Origin: Octopus bimaculoides
Taxonomy: Eukaryota
Reading direction: 5' to 3'
NCBI RefSeq assembly: GCF_001194135.2
Contig: NC_068990.1
Location: 57,862,786-57,926,785, forward strand
Length of the DNA stretch: 64,000 nucleotides
Part shown: one piece after another, positions 51,218 to 64,000 of the stretch
Position numbering within the stretch: the first letter of the stretch is position 1
Layout of the letters: every line of letters begins with the position of its first letter
Translations under genes and position numbers: made by a program
Notes under the pieces: model-generated
What the model saw: only the letters and a program-made list of their open reading frames with translations
Databases searched by the model: none
What the model was told of the DNA's origin: nothing

Positions 51218-52590
51218 TCTGGAATATCAGCGAAATAAAGAAAATTGACAGGAGAATCCATAAGCTGCTGACTTGTTATAACACGCACCACCCAAAGGCA
51301 GACGCAGATCGTCTTTACCTTCCTAGAGCCCAAAGAGGTCAAGGCTTGATTCAGTTTGAAATCTCTTACAAAACCACCATAACGGGACAGGTTAAATATC
51401 TTGAAACATCCAACGACTGGATGCTAAACACGTTGAAAACCACAAGAGACTTAAGAAGCTTCATTCTGTCATGAAAGAGGGCAAAATGTTTGCTAATGAG
51501 TTCATACATAATACACAAGTTGAACAGTATGATGGAAGTGGGGCAACTGCTGTTGCAAAGAAGCTGAAGTCAATAACAAAGAAAAAAGCGTTCGAACAAT
51601 TGGCTGTTAGATGGGAACAAAAACCTCTGCATGGCAAATATGTGGCCTGTAGTAAACAAACTAATGTTGACCAGAAGTACACCCATCAATGGATACGGAG
51701 CTCAGAGCTAAACAAAGAGAGTGAAAGTTTTATCTTAGCTGTTGAAGATCAGAGCTTATTGAGCGGAATTACGAAATCAATGTGATGAAAAATGAAGTAG
51801 GCCCAAGGTGCTGATACTGCAACGATGGGATTGAAACAATAGACTATCTAATCTCTGGGTGTAAGGTTTTAGCACGTGTAGAGTATATAGGGCAGGAGTT
51901 TGTCAATATCTGCACTGGTTCACATGTCGGCATCAAAACTGCTGACAAAAGGTATAAGCACCGCCCTGTGGCTGTAACTGAGTGAGAAAATGCAACGATT
52001 CTTTGGTACTTTCCCGTACATACATACCGAACAATCAAAGCTAATAAACCAGATATTATTGTGAAAGACCAAAACAATAAAATCTGTTTATTGATTAACA
52101 TGACCATACCTTGTGATCATAATATCACAGCTAAAGAATTTAATAAGCACAGAAAATATAAAGATTTTCTGATTAAAATCGAAAACATGTAGCATCTCAA
52201 GACGTTTACAATACCAGTGATTGCTGGAGCACTTGGAATGATCAAAAAAGGAACTGAAAATTACTTGAGAATGATACTTAGCTTACCATCCATGCAAGAA
52301 GTGTATGGATTGTTTTAACTGGCACATCACACGTATTGAGAAGAGCATTATCGCTGTGAATTTTCTTCTCTTTTTGCCCTTATATTTTCTTTGTTTTCTT
52401 TTTTCTCACTATTTTTTCTTCTTTCCTTCTTTCCTTTTTCTTTTTTCCCTTTTTTCTCTATCATTTAACTTGACTTTGTAAATGGACAATCTAGTGTGTT
52501 TATTGTTAAGACCTACCAATGTATACAGTGAGTTTCTTTGCCCTAGGTATCGGGAAGACACTCGGCAAGAAATGGAAACAAAATTGAAAT

Positions 52591-52592
<2 letters not shown>
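51217..52592 (+). mobile_element. R4/Dong-like (RLE) non-LTR retrotransposon, 5'-truncated, degenerate
   Basis: HHPKADADRLYLPRAQRGQGLIQFE; WEQKPLHGKY; ESFILAVEDQSL; CCHC-type knuckle C.YC...ETIDYLISGC; RLE motif ANKPDIIVKD..CLLINMTIP..K..KY; IPVIAGALG. Pyrimidine-rich 3' UTR. Confidence 0.92.

Positions 52593-52653
<61 letters not shown>
52593..52653. repeat. (TAA)n array, 3' flank/tail of the Dong-like LINE
   Basis: Direct reading. Confidence 0.97.
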
Positions 52654-52820
52654 CCTTTCTANNNNNNNNNNNNNNNNNNNNNNNNNNNNNNNNNNNNNNN
52701 NNNNNNNNNNNNNNNNNNNNNNNNNNNNNNNNNNNNNNNNNNNNNNNNNNNNNNNNNNNNNNNNNNNNNGCAGGCAGCAAACTGATACGCATGCAAGACT
52801 CCAGGAGTTCCAACAACACC

Positions 52821-52822
<2 letters not shown>

Positions 52823-52886
<64 letters not shown>

Positions 52887-52894
52887 ATAGTAGT
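52823..52894. repeat. (AGT)n microsatellite
   Basis: Direct reading. Confidence 0.97.
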
Positions 52895-53580
52895 GCGAAG
52901 GAAGGAACTTACAATAACAATCTTTGTCTGTTTTGTATCTTTTTAAACTTTTACGCTAAAATATAAAATGATAGACAGGCAATTTATTATACAAAACCAG
53001 TATGAGAAAGTGAAGAAGTTTTGAATAAGTTACTGAAATATATAAAAACACTTGGTAGATATACAGAACGTGTAGTGTCTCCAGTGCTGTTTGATACATC
53101 TATGGTACCGACTGAACACTAGATCAAGTGAACCAGTGACAGCTAGATGCCCTGGCTGTTACTAATCCCTTTATTGATTTGGTTAAATGTTTGGCTAATG
53201 TAGTAGTATTATACACTATTTGATGTATATTATATAGAATGTTTTGTCAGACTTCGTATTTATGCAGTGGAAGGGATTGTCAATATTAGCACAAACAGAA
53301 ATATATCTGGTAATAGAATTAAAACATTATATATTACCATTAACTTTACTACAAATACCATATCGTCATTTTGCAAATAGATCCAGTTAACAGAGTTACT
53401 TCAAAGTGATTTTATTTTTTTATTTCTATTCTCATATGTTATCTTGAAATGAATGCTGCGTTACGCCGTAATGATTACAGAATCATAAAAAAATATTTGA
53501 AAATGATGATTGGAAATTTAGGTATCGTTTATCATCCATATTTCATACCATTAGGCGCTACTTACACCAAAATGCGTAAA

Positions 53581-53855
53581 GGCGCATAGCTTAGTGATTA
53601 GGATATTCGGCTCATGATCGTGAGGCCGTGAGTTCGATACACGGCGGCGTGTTGTCCTAGAGAAAGACACTTTATTTCACGTTGCTCCAGTTCACTCAGC
53701 TAGCAAAAATTAGTAGTACCTGTATTTCAAAGGACCAGCCTAGTCACAATCTGTGTCACGCTGAATCTCCCTGAGAACTACATTAAGGATATACGTTTCT
53801 GTGGAGCGCTCAGTCACTTGCACGTTAATTTCATGAACAGGCTGTTCTATTGAAC
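53581..53855 (+). mobile_element. tRNA-derived SINE family D
   Basis: Head GGCGCATAGCTTAGTG..GAGTTCGATAC, then GTCCTAGAGAAAGACACTTTATTTCACGTTGCTCC. The 3' half is shared with family C. Confidence 0.88.
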
Positions 53856-54302
53856 TTTTATCCTTTCTAAATTATGTTGTTTAATTTACTAAAGTTTCAA
53901 AATGTAAGGCAATTATCTGAAAATACGGAGAGATATGGCTGTGTTCGGGTGAAAAGATTGAGATCATGATATAAGAAATATATAAAAGCCGAAAAGTTTA
54001 ATGATTGAATGTTTGGGCCGTTGAGAAAAAGTGATATTAAATTTAAGAGGTCACCAAAATATTTTCATATACATAAATAAGGAGCGCTAGTGGGAAATAT
54101 GAGGGAGAAGACAGAACTTAGTGAAAGCGATAGTAAAAAAAACTAGAAGCAATGATGTACAGTAGAGAAATAAAGAACAAGGAGCCGTATTGTACAGATG
54201 TAATGTAACAGAGGTGAATTAAAACTGAAAGCAAAAAATGATTGTTAAAGGCGTAAGGAACCGAATGGTACAGAATTCAGAGCCAGTATGTATCAAAAAT
54301 CA

Positions 54303-54466
54303 TGTGGCTGCGTGGTAAGTAACTTGCTTACGAACCGCATGGTTCCGGGTTCAGTCCCACTGCGTGGCACCTTGGGCAGGTGTCTTCTACTATATCCTCG
54401 GGCTGACCAAAGCCTTGTACAGTGGATTTGGTAGACGGAAACTGAAAGAAGCCCGTCGTATGTATG

Positions 54467-54499
<33 letters not shown>

Positions 54500-54695
54500 T
54501 TTCCCCCAACATCACTTGATAACCGATGCTGGTGTGTTTGCATCCCCGTAACCTAGCGGTTTGGCACAAGAGACCGATAGAATGAGTACTAGGCTTACAA
54601 AGAATAAGTCCTGGGATCGATTTGCTCGACTAAAGGCGGTGCTCCAGCATGGCCACAGTAAAATGACTGAAACAAGTAAAAGAGTAAAAGAGTAT
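54303..54695 (+). mobile_element. SINE family B, full-length reference-quality copy (CORE-SINE-like, possibly OR2-related)
   Basis: tRNA-like head. GGCACCTTGGGCAGGTGTCTTCTACTAT resembles the CORE motif GACCTTGGGCAAGT. Internal TA/TG repeat; (AGTAAAAG)2 tail. The OR2 assignment is from memory and unverified. Confidence 0.9.
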
Positions 54696-55067
54696 ACTAA
54701 ATTTACAGGAATACGGTGAAAATGTCTAATAGTTATGAAGTAGATAAAGACAGATTAATTAGTTGCCCTGAATTTAATACATGACTAGTGTATATAGCAA
54801 AATAAAAGGCTGACGAAGTGGCAAAATCTTTGGAGCGCCAGACTGAAAACCTTGTGATATTTCTTCCGGATCTCTACGTTCTGCATTGAAATCCTAATGA
54901 CTTATGGTTGATAATGTAAAGTGCATGTCAAAGACAGGAGTCAATGGTATTTACTAGGCCTGCCTTACAAAATTGCTGCTCTTGCGCTGTAAATGAGAAC
55001 CTTTTAAGATGAAAAGCAATTGATAAACAATTAGAAAGAACGTTAGCAATAATTTACTCATATACAA

Positions 55068-55277
55068 GGCGGCGAGCTGGCAGAAACGTTAGCACGCCGG
55101 GCGAAATGCTTAGCGGTATTTAGTCTCTTTTTACGTTCTGAGTTCAAATTCCGCCGAGGTTCACTTTGCCTTTCATCCTTTCGGGGTCAATAGATTAAGT
55201 ACGAGTTGCGTACTGTGGTAGATCTAATCGACTGGCCCTTCCCCCAAAATTTCAGGCTTTGTGCCTAGAGTAGAAGG
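55068..55277 (+). mobile_element. SINE family A, full-length, 20-bp TSD
   Basis: AATAATTTAC(T/A)CATATACAA at 55048-55067 and 55278-55297; B-box GAGTTCAAATTCC. Confidence 0.95.
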
Positions 55278-55386
55278 AATAATTTACACATATACAAATA
55301 CGTATCCGGATAATCATTCATACACATATATGTACAAATCTATACATACTCACACATATACACACCCGTACGCATACACTAATATA

Positions 55387-55512
55387 CAGGGTGTCCACAA
55401 AGTCTGGGTTCATGAAGTAAATAAAATCATAACATAAACAATTAAATATATGAAATAGTAATTTCTTGAAGTATGTGTTAATCCCATGTATCCAGACTTT
55501 GTGGACACCCTG
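55387..55512. mobile_element. 126-bp Tc1/mariner-type MITE with TA TSD
   Basis: TIRs CAGGGTGTCCACAAAGTCTGG / CCAGACTTTGTGGACACCCTG, both flanked by TA. Confidence 0.92.
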
Positions 55513-55581
55513 TAGATACCTGCATCTACGCTCATAGAAATACGTAAGTACACACACACATACATAAAAACGAAATATAAA

Positions 55582-55870
55582 TAGGCGCCGGAGTGGCTGT
55601 GTCATAAGACGTTTGCTTTTCAACCATATGATACCGGGTTCAGTCCCACTGCGTGGCACCTTGGGCAGATGTCTTCTACTATAGCCTCGAGCCGATCAAA
55701 ACCTTGCGGTTGGATTTGGTGGACGGCAACTGAAAGAAACCTGTCGTTTATGTGTGTGTGTGCGTGTGTGTGTGTGCATGCATGTGTGCGTGTGTGTTTT
55801 GTTTGTCTCTCACCACTGCTTGACAACCGGTGTTGTTATGTTTACGTCCTCGTAACTTAGCAGCTTCACA
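55582..55870 (+). mobile_element. SINE family B, 3'-truncated, internal (TG)n
   Basis: GGCGCCGGAGTGGCTGTG head through CGTAACTTAGC. Confidence 0.85.
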
Positions 55871-57003
55871 AAAGGATGAAAACCCACGAAGTGTAGAGAC
55901 ATAGATGATGTGAAGTATGTCTCAAAACAGATGAGAAATGTCCCGTAGAAAGAATATCTTGCAGGTATAATGGTTCTTAGATTGTTAGACAATTTATTGT
56001 ATTGATTTACATTTCAAACCTATAAAACATCTATAGCAGTATTCAATGAAAGTTACCTCACAATATATGGTTGCTATTTGATTGCACCTTAACGTAAATA
56101 GATACGTTTAAAGAGAAATTGCCAAATACCAAACTAACAAAAAGTAAATAAATAAATAGAAATACGAAAGAAAGAAAGAAAAAAGGAAAATGACTGTTTG
56201 GTATTTGGTTGAGTCACATTATTAGAAAAGAAACCTATACTGATTTGGCTGAATGGCTATGAAGTTTGCTTTGCAGCCATGTGGTTTTGGGTACAGTCCC
56301 ATATCATAGTACTTTGGACAAGAGATTTTACTATAACCCTGCGTCAAACAATGCTCTGTGAGTGAATTTTCATGATGTTTTCATTCATTCGGGAGGTCGA
56401 CGCTCGCCCTGAACGAGAGTGGTCCTCAAGCGACAAGTGGCCATTCCTAAAGAGTGAAAACTACTCGTAAACTTGTTGCAGCGTGCTTGTAAGCTGTTTG
56501 AAGCATGACTAATGTTCTGGCCGCCGTTTTTCCCGGCAAGGAAACAGAATTTCACAGAAACATGCTATTCCTTCATTTCAGCCATCGCAAAAATCGACAA
56601 ACAGGAGAGAAGCACTGTAAAACAAAGACTCACCACAAGCAGTACGATCTCAGCCGACGACGCATCAAGTGGCTTCTAGCGACAGAAGCCTGAACTATAA
56701 CGGGCTCATCTTACAGAGAACGTTCCCGGTACATTTTGAGTATGCCATCGTATACTTTCGGCGAAAAGATTGGTTGCTGAATGGTGCTTATATATGCTAA
56801 CTGATATAAAATGATATATAACTAGCATGCAACAATTTCTAATATAAGTACACAGTTGAAATTTGGTCGATGAGGTTAGTCGATTTAATCGCCCATTGTA
56901 CTTCACTTACATCGATGATGGAAAAGTGAAAGCACAATTGACATCTGTAGCATTTGAGCTCGGAACATAAACAACTGGAAGAAGATATACCGAAATTTTA
57001 ACT

Positions 57004-57324
57004 AGCACTCCGTCGGTTACGACGACGCGGGTTCCAGTTGATTAGTTAAACAGAACAGCCTGCTCGTAAAATTAACATGCAAGTGGCTGAGCACTCCACA
57101 GACACGCATACCTTTAACATAGTTCTCAGTGAGATTCAGCGTGACACAAAGTTTGACAAGGCCGGCCTTTTGAAATACAGGTACAACTCATTTTCTGCTA
57201 GCTGGATGGACTAGAACAACGGGAAATAAAGTGTTTTGCTCAAGGACACTACGCGTCGTCAGGAATCGAACTCACGACCTTACGATCATGAGCCGAATGC
57301 CCTAACAATTAAGCCAATCGCCTT
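57004..57324 (-). mobile_element. SINE family D, full-length
   Basis: Reverse match to 53581-53855, plus the shared C/D 3' end GCACTCCGTCGGTTACGACGACG. Confidence 0.9.
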
Positions 57325-57559
57325 AACTATTCAAACTGATTGTGTCCGACATTCTACCTCTGCCTGAAACCACCGCATATGGCAACACCCCTTTCCAACA
57401 AACAGAAGTGTGTCAAATATTTCACAACTTCCATAAAATGTATTTCATAAGATGTATTTCTTAGGATTATCCTTTGAAATAGTAACGAACACGGAAGAAG
57501 CTGAATAAATTGCCCGAGAGTGAAGACTTTGGTTAACTGAAGGAACCCAGAAATAATAT

Positions 57560-57690
57560 CTCCACTCAATCACTGATTGTGATACTCAAAAAAAAATTAA
57601 TCTACATCAATTAATGTGTTCATTTTGGTTGCAAAATCACAAAAGATATATCTCCGAAAGTATCACAATAAGATTGGACAACCCGGTGTA
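57560..57690 (-). mobile_element. Possible end of a degenerate Tc1/mariner element
   Basis: TTGGACAACCCGGTGTA resembles a TACAGGGTGTCC-type TIR. No partner TIR found. Confidence 0.3.
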
Positions 57691-57718
57691 TTTATATAGC
57701 CTTGTAGATAACTGAGGT

Positions 57719-57754
<36 letters not shown>

Positions 57755-59543
57755 NNNNNNNNNNNNNNNNNNNNNNNNNNNNNNNNNNNNNNNNNNNNNN
57801 NNNNNNNNNNNNNNNNNNNNNNNNNNNNNNNNNNNNNNNNNNNNNNNNNNNNNNNNNNNNNNNNNNNNNNNNNNNNNNNNNNNNNNNNNNNNNNNNNNNN
57901 NNNNNNNCAGTAAGCATATCTGGGGATCTTACTGACTTCAAAGTGGACTCATACCGCGTGGCAAAGGATGAGACTTATATCTTAAAAAATACGATAGAGA
58001 TCAAGTAATAAATTTAGAAAGTAAACGGACAGAAAACATAACCTTTCTTTTCAGTAGAGTAAATAAATAGCATCTTCCGCTTTTCTTTGCAGTTTTCAGG
58101 TTTTATAGCCACTAGATGTGTTTTATGTATTGATAGCTAAACATAGAAGCGAGTTTTAAGAGATATAAAGAAAAACCGCAAATAGTAAAAAAAAAAGAGA
58201 AACAAAGAAAAGAAAAAAGAAAAGAAGTAACAAGTTCCAAGAATTACGACTGACCAGTTTTCAATCCAATGTACGATTCAGTAATTAACCAAAATAAGAC
58301 TGAGAGCAAATTAAGATTGATTAGGTTGGACAACTTAATGAAGGCCTTGGCAGCTTAACGAATGGAAAGATAGCTAAATGGGGAGGGATTGTCATATAGA
58401 TTAAGTTCAGAGGCTAAGAACTGGCCACTAAGGCCAACACGGAAAATTATTCATCATCAGTGACAGTTTCTCTGCCATGACAGCTCTTTAGCTCGATGAC
58501 AGCTTTACGAGTCATTTTCCTTTTGCCTATCTGTTTTTACAGAGATAGCTTTCCTGCCCTAAGTTTTATCTTCCTTAATTTTAGCTTTGTTTATCCATTT
58601 CCTTCACAATCACCCTCACCATTAGCATTACCACCAACAATTCCAGCACAACTAACACCTCCTGAGTTTCTTTCTATTCATTTATTTATGTTTTGTGTAT
58701 GTGGCTAAGAAGCTGTCTCATATATTAGCAACACTGACATCACAGCTACTAGTCAGACATTTTACTTTAGCTCTTCGACTTGGGTTTAATTATTTTTTCA
58801 AGAGTTTATTTTCTTTCCTCTTGGACAAGAGAACCAGCATTGTTATTCTGCTTGGCTGTGTTTTCAACTGCCAAGTCTCTAACACCATTCTCAAAAGTCG
58901 ATTGAAATCAAGACAATTTATGACCAATTCGGTCTTCCCTAGTTATGTTTAGGACTAATTCACTTTTCCAAGCTTATATCGCTGAACGGCTCAATATTCA
59001 CCAGTTATATTTATGAGCATTTTACCACCACAAATAATGCCACCCACCACCACCTCTACTACTAAAACAGCCTCAGCAATCTTTATCAGTATCCCCACCA
59101 GCGTTTCCACAACCACAACCATCATTATCGTCATCACCGGCAGCAGTAGTATCATTAACAACTGTCACAATAGTAGCAAAAGCAATGTTAGGAGCTGCAC
59201 TAGCATCAACAGTAATGCAGTTGATTCAATGATTCTATGGTAACAGTAGCAATAATCGTAACAACAGTAACATAAACACAGGTAGCAATAAACAAGAAGA
59301 AAAACAGTAACAAAGTTAAGTAAGGAATAACAGTAGCAGCAGCGGCAGCAATAAAAGCCATTAACAGAGTCTCTACTTGGTTACTGGATCTGCTAGATAT
59401 ACTCGCCAAATTTGTCTCAAATCCACATACTATAGTCTCTATTCGCATCAGATAACTTATTTCGAGTGGCCGACTGATTGAGTCGTTGGACTTGAAATCC
59501 AATGGGTTTGAATCCTATCCACAGCAGTTATTTACTAGGTGCA

Positions 59544-59796
59544 AGCATCGCTGTGTAGTAAGACGTTTGTTTCCCAAGCACAGAATTCCGGGTTCAGTCT
59601 CACTGTGGAGCACTCTGGGCACGTATTTTCTATTAAAACCTCAGACCAACCGATGCTTTGTGAATGGATTTGATAGACGGAAACCGAAAGACGCCGGTCG
59701 ACTATCTATCTATTTATCTATCTACACACACGTCTATACATATATATATATATATATAAATGTCATTATATACATATATGTGTATGTGTCTCTCTC

Positions 59797-59834
<38 letters not shown>

Positions 59835-60020
59835 GCCTTTGTGTTTGATACCTTGTGTTGGTTTGTGTATGTTCCCGTAACAGCAGTTCTGCGTCAGGGT
59901 GTGATAAAATAAGTACCAGGCATTAAAAAAATAACAGAATTCAATTCTTTTAACTAAAACCTTTCGATGCGGTGCCCCAGCTTAGCCGCAGTCCGATGTT
60001 TGAAACAAAGAAAAGATAAA
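59544..60020 (+). mobile_element. SINE family B, diverged full-length, internal TCTA/TA/TG repeat
   Basis: Head, GGATTTGATAGACGGAAAC, 3' half GATAAAATAAGTACCAGG..GCGGTGCCCCAGC. Confidence 0.78.
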
Positions 60021-61471
60021 AATTAGAAATACCCCCGCAAAAAACGATTTCTGTTTTATTTTAACTGTTTCATTAGGATGGTAAGTGCACTGCCCTTGAC
60101 CCTATGTTTTTTCAGTGCGTTTGGTTTGGGTCGGGGGCAAAAAGGCATTTATTTTAAAACTGGAGATGTGGTTGTTCGTGTGACAAATTAACCCTACTGC
60201 CCAAAAACTCTGAACGTAAAGCGCCAGAAGGTATTTCGAGTGACACTACAATAATTCTTACAATCCACCGACCTGCAATTGTGCTTATTTTGTCGGCCCT
60301 GAAAGAATGAAAGATAAAGATGATTTTGGAGAGATTTGAGATTAGAATGCAGGGACCCGGAATAAATTCTGTTCTACTAACCCGCCAATTCACCGCTTGT
60401 TATCATAAGTTTGTTCAGTCAGAGTTAACGTGTAGTTAATCAACTAGGACAACAACGAAGACGACGACGATACCAGCAGCAGCAGTTTACAGTAGCTGCA
60501 CTGATGATCCTATAATTTCAATATCCTGCATCGCATCTTTTGCTATCTGTTGTTTTTAACAATCAACGTTATTGTCATTGCTATTATTTTTCCTCTTTCT
60601 CTTCATCAAAATTATATTATTCCTCTTCCAGCACCACCACCACAACCACCAACATCATCGTCGTCATCATTATCTGTGTATGTCATCCGTTAGTCTTGCA
60701 GACAACGCATCTGCACTGGGAAAGTCTTGCTTCATCGTCTATTGTTGCTAAAGAATCCGACGCGGTAGCAATTGCGTTTGAAGACTCTTGTTCCGCATTG
60801 TTGCTCTGGCGCTGTTTTACTTTATTTATTTATTTATTTTTGATCAGGTGTGGTTTTCTTCAACTGCAAGAGTGCAAACATCAGCTTTTCTCCAATTTTC
60901 AAACCCCACCATCACAAGTCCTTTTTGATCGTTTAACTCGCCATTCTCTTTAATCAACGTTAGAATTCGTATTATTCAACCCGTCATATATTTTGTTACT
61001 GTTCCATTAAACGCATTGATATGTTTATACAATAGTGGGGCCTCCTGTTTGCAATAAACTAAAATAGCTTTTACCATATGAAAATCTATACTAGAAAATC
61101 AATATCGATTTTTTCTAAGTAACAAGGGATTTGTTGTTTTATCTATTATATTTTTCTACGAACACTTATCTACTAAGGTGGCTGGATTGAATAGCTTCTT
61201 GTAACTTACTGGTTTTTATTTTTACAGATCTGAGAGATCTTAACATTATTTTGATTTTTTCCGTCATCAACATATCTTATCGTGTATCGTTTATCACCAT
61301 TTCCCTCATTCTCATTTTCTTCAATGAATGTAAAACATCGTGTTATAGAAAACATTATTTTTCAGTAAAATCAGTGGAGTGCAAAATTGCATTAGAGCTT
61401 TAAGTCGATTCATTGCTTAATTTATAAACGAAATATAAAAGAATACTTCAATCATTCATTATTATTATTAA

Positions 61472-61655
61472 GGTGGCGAGTTGGCAGAATCGTTAACACG
61501 CTGGACGAAATGCTTAGCGGTATTTCGCCCGTCTTGAGATCGCTTTGCCTTTCATCCTCTCGGGGTCTATAAAATAAGTACCAGTTGAACACTGGGGTCG
61601 ATATAATCGACTCACTTCCTCCCCCATAATTGCTGCCCTTGTGGAAAAATTTGAA
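61472..61655 (+). mobile_element. SINE family A with internal deletion (first of a tandem pair)
   Basis: GGTGGCGAGTTGGCAGAATCGTTAAC..; lacks the B-box segment. Confidence 0.85.
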
Positions 61656-61675
61656 ACCGTTGTTATTGATACTAA

Positions 61676-61870
61676 GGCGGTGAGCTGGTAGCATCGTTAG
61701 CACGCTCGGCAAAATGCATAGCAACATTTCGCCCGTCGTTACGTTCTGAGTTCAAATTCCGCCGAGATCGACTTTGCCTCTCATCCTTTCTGGGTCAATA
61801 AATTAAGTACCAGTGAAAGACTGGGGTCGATATAATCGACTAGTTCCTTCCCTGCAGATTTCAGGACTCT
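61676..61870 (+). mobile_element. SINE family A (second of a tandem pair)
   Basis: GGCGGTGAGCTGGTAGCATCGTTAGCAC..GAGTTCAAATTCCGCCGAGATCGACTTTGCC. Confidence 0.88.
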
Positions 61871-62089
61871 TTCTCCTGATCATCATCACTATCAACAAGG
61901 CGATCATATCGATGCCTTGAAAACATTTTAAAGAGGAATGAAAAATTCAAATTTTAACCCATACTAAGTTAAGGTCACATGAAGTCATTTCCATTTATAG
62001 CAAGCTAAAGTTTGTTCGTAAATTCAAGAAGCTTCCTGCATACATCACCGCCGTAAACCTCAGCAAAACCACTATTGGTATTTTTCAAT

Positions 62090-62160
62090 TTCAGACTTGA
62101 AGAAGAGTTATGTCCCATTTGTTTTCTCTATGCAGACGACATTGTCGTTGTCATTGTTTG
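62090..62160 (+). mobile_element. Possible isolated LINE RT fragment (YADD motif)
   Basis: Translates as ELCPICFLYADDIVVVIV (YADD at 62129-62140). No other RT motif recognised nearby. Confidence 0.3.
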
Positions 62161-62971
62161 ACTCTGGTTAGCCAGTATTGAGCAGTTTTGAATCCAGGGA
62201 TACTATTATATCTTTGTAGGTTATCTAGTAATTCATTACCTATTGTTTTATGCCTCATTTCAAGTCCGTATAGAGTAATTTGAGAGAGAACTGACTGCTT
62301 TTGACAGCAGATCGAGCAACCATATAAGATGTTCTTACAGTGGCAGTAAACGCATGATTTCCGTCCCTAAGCCATAAGAAAATGTTTCGGTTTTCTATTA
62401 AGATAGAATGGCAATTCTCTTGAACATACCTAAGAATAAATAAAACAAACCAAACTAGATATACCGCTAGGAGTTTTCTGAATTACTCAGGAATCCTAAA
62501 TGCCTCTAACCGTCTATTATAATCTAATTTACCACAGACACCTAATTTTATCAATGTATTTCAAATATCGAAATCGTTAGATTTCTGTTCTATTTACATT
62601 ATTCTTTTTCGGTAAATCAATGCTAAGATTTGGAAAAGAAAAGCTTGTGTGCACCAATTTTTGGATGGATTGGCTAAAGAATTCTTTTGTATATAGCCAA
62701 ATCACTTTTGTGCTCTTGGCTAGTTGCAGTTCTCTCTTTATATATATATATATATATNNNNNNNNNNNNNNNNNNNNNNNNNNNNNNNNNNNNNNNNNNN
62801 NNNNNNNNNNNNNNNNNNNNNNNNNNNNNNNNNNNNNNNNNNNNNNNNNNNNNNNNNNNNNNNNNNNNNNNNNNNNNNNNNNNNNNNNNNNNNNNNNNNN
62901 NNNNNNNATATATATACATATGTATGTATTACGGATATATATATGTATACACACACACACATGTATGTATT

Positions 62972-63011
<40 letters not shown>

Positions 63012-63569
63012 CAATTACTTATTTCAGATTGCTTCTAAATCTGTGTGCTGTACAGAATTAGAATCACAAACATAAAACAAATCCAGAACATAAATAGATA
63101 GATGAATAAATAAATAAATAAATAAATGAAAGATGCGGATAAATTTAGGGAACTAATGTCTTCTCTTTTACAATAAATAGGAAATCGTTGTTCTTTCAGC
63201 AAATCTAAATAGCTGGCCTGTTGTAAAAACAAACAAAAATTATTTAAGAACGTGTGCTTTGGCAATAAAAACAATAACAACAACTGAAAAAAAAATGCGT
63301 GTATTTGTAAGAAGGAGGGGTACTTTCGGGGATTTTGTAAACACCTCTTTAGGAAGTGGTTTAATAATAATAAGGCCTAAAGGACAGAAATAAGATGAAT
63401 ACGTAAAATAAAGATTAGAAAATAACTATATAAATTCCATCCAAATGTTTGATATAGATAATTTCTGGTTGAAACGCTCTTTTTCTCCTGTTTGGTTCAC
63501 GGCAGAAAATACTTTTGATGTTAAAACACACATACCAGATTCCGATCGTGTTGCTTCTTACGGACGCCT

Positions 63570-63897
63570 CTTCTGCCGTGGCCGCTGCTTCTACTGCTAC
63601 TGCTGCTGCTGCTACCGCTGCTTCTACTATTACTACCCCAACTACAATTTCTGCTACTGATACATCTATGTTTATCACCACCACTACTACTGTTGTTGTT
63701 ACTATAAATAATACAACCTTTGCCGCTGTTGCTGCTGCTGCTGCTACTACTACTACTACTACTACTACTATTGTTCACTTGCAGTGGTGAAACCAAAGGT
63801 GGAAGAAAAAGAAGTAATGTTTGATATGCTAATAGTGTTGTTGTTGTTGTTTTTATTGGTGTTGTTGTTGGTGGTGGTGGTGGTGGCGGTGGTGGTT
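63570..63897. repeat. Trinucleotide low-complexity block (GCT, ACT, GTT, GGT)n
   Basis: Direct reading. Produces the poly-A/T/S/V ORFs. Confidence 0.9.
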
Positions 63898-63949
63898 ACA
63901 GTCAGAGAGGAAACGATGGCGATTAGAGTTGTAATAAAAGGTTTGACGT

Positions 63950-64000
63950 GTTGGTATTTCGTCTGTCTTTACATTTTGAGTTCAAATTCTGCCGAGGTCT
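63950..64000 (+). mobile_element. SINE family A, cut by the window end
   Basis: GGTATTTCGTCTGTCTTTACATTTTGAGTTCAAATTCTGCCGAGGTC. Confidence 0.8.

Noticed and set aside
56380-56740. GC-richer unique segment with a 62-aa ORF
   Set aside because: No recognisable domain, splice pattern or repeat structure.
59013-60953. Thr/Ser/Ile-rich ORFs resembling mucin-like proteins (also 63415-63796)
   Set aside because: They derive from degenerate trinucleotide repeats (CAC, CAT, AGT, GCT, ACT).
62919-62990. Direct repeat ATGTATGTATTACGGATATATATAT x2 beside a gap
   Set aside because: Simple slippage duplication or contig-end artefact. No CRISPR-like repeat-spacer array exists anywhere in the window.

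Overview
This is an AT-rich, microsatellite-saturated animal scaffold segment with 17 N gaps (about 5.9 kb), nearly all flanked by simple repeats. The SINE complement and repeat style point to an octopus genome (inference). I cannot support any cellular protein-coding gene, rRNA, tRNA gene or CRISPR array. Most ORF-track entries are microsatellite or N artefacts. The recognisable content is mobile DNA. It includes four tRNA-derived SINE families (labelled A-D here), with shared modules and 17-20 bp TSDs on family A. It also includes an RTE-clade LINE remnant ending in three C2H2 fingers plus a solo copy of that finger cassette, and an R4/Dong-type RLE LINE sitting inside a (TAA)n array. Two Penelope-like GIY-YIG remnants each have an inverted partial copy and a same-strand degenerate hammerhead-like motif. 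There are also mariner and hAT derivatives. I see no convincing new multi-gene system. The best leads are the triple-C2H2 RTE tail, an 87-nt pre-miRNA-shaped hairpin, the Penelope/hammerhead/TTAGGG locus and a filled/empty SINE site pair. All alignments and folds were done by eye.
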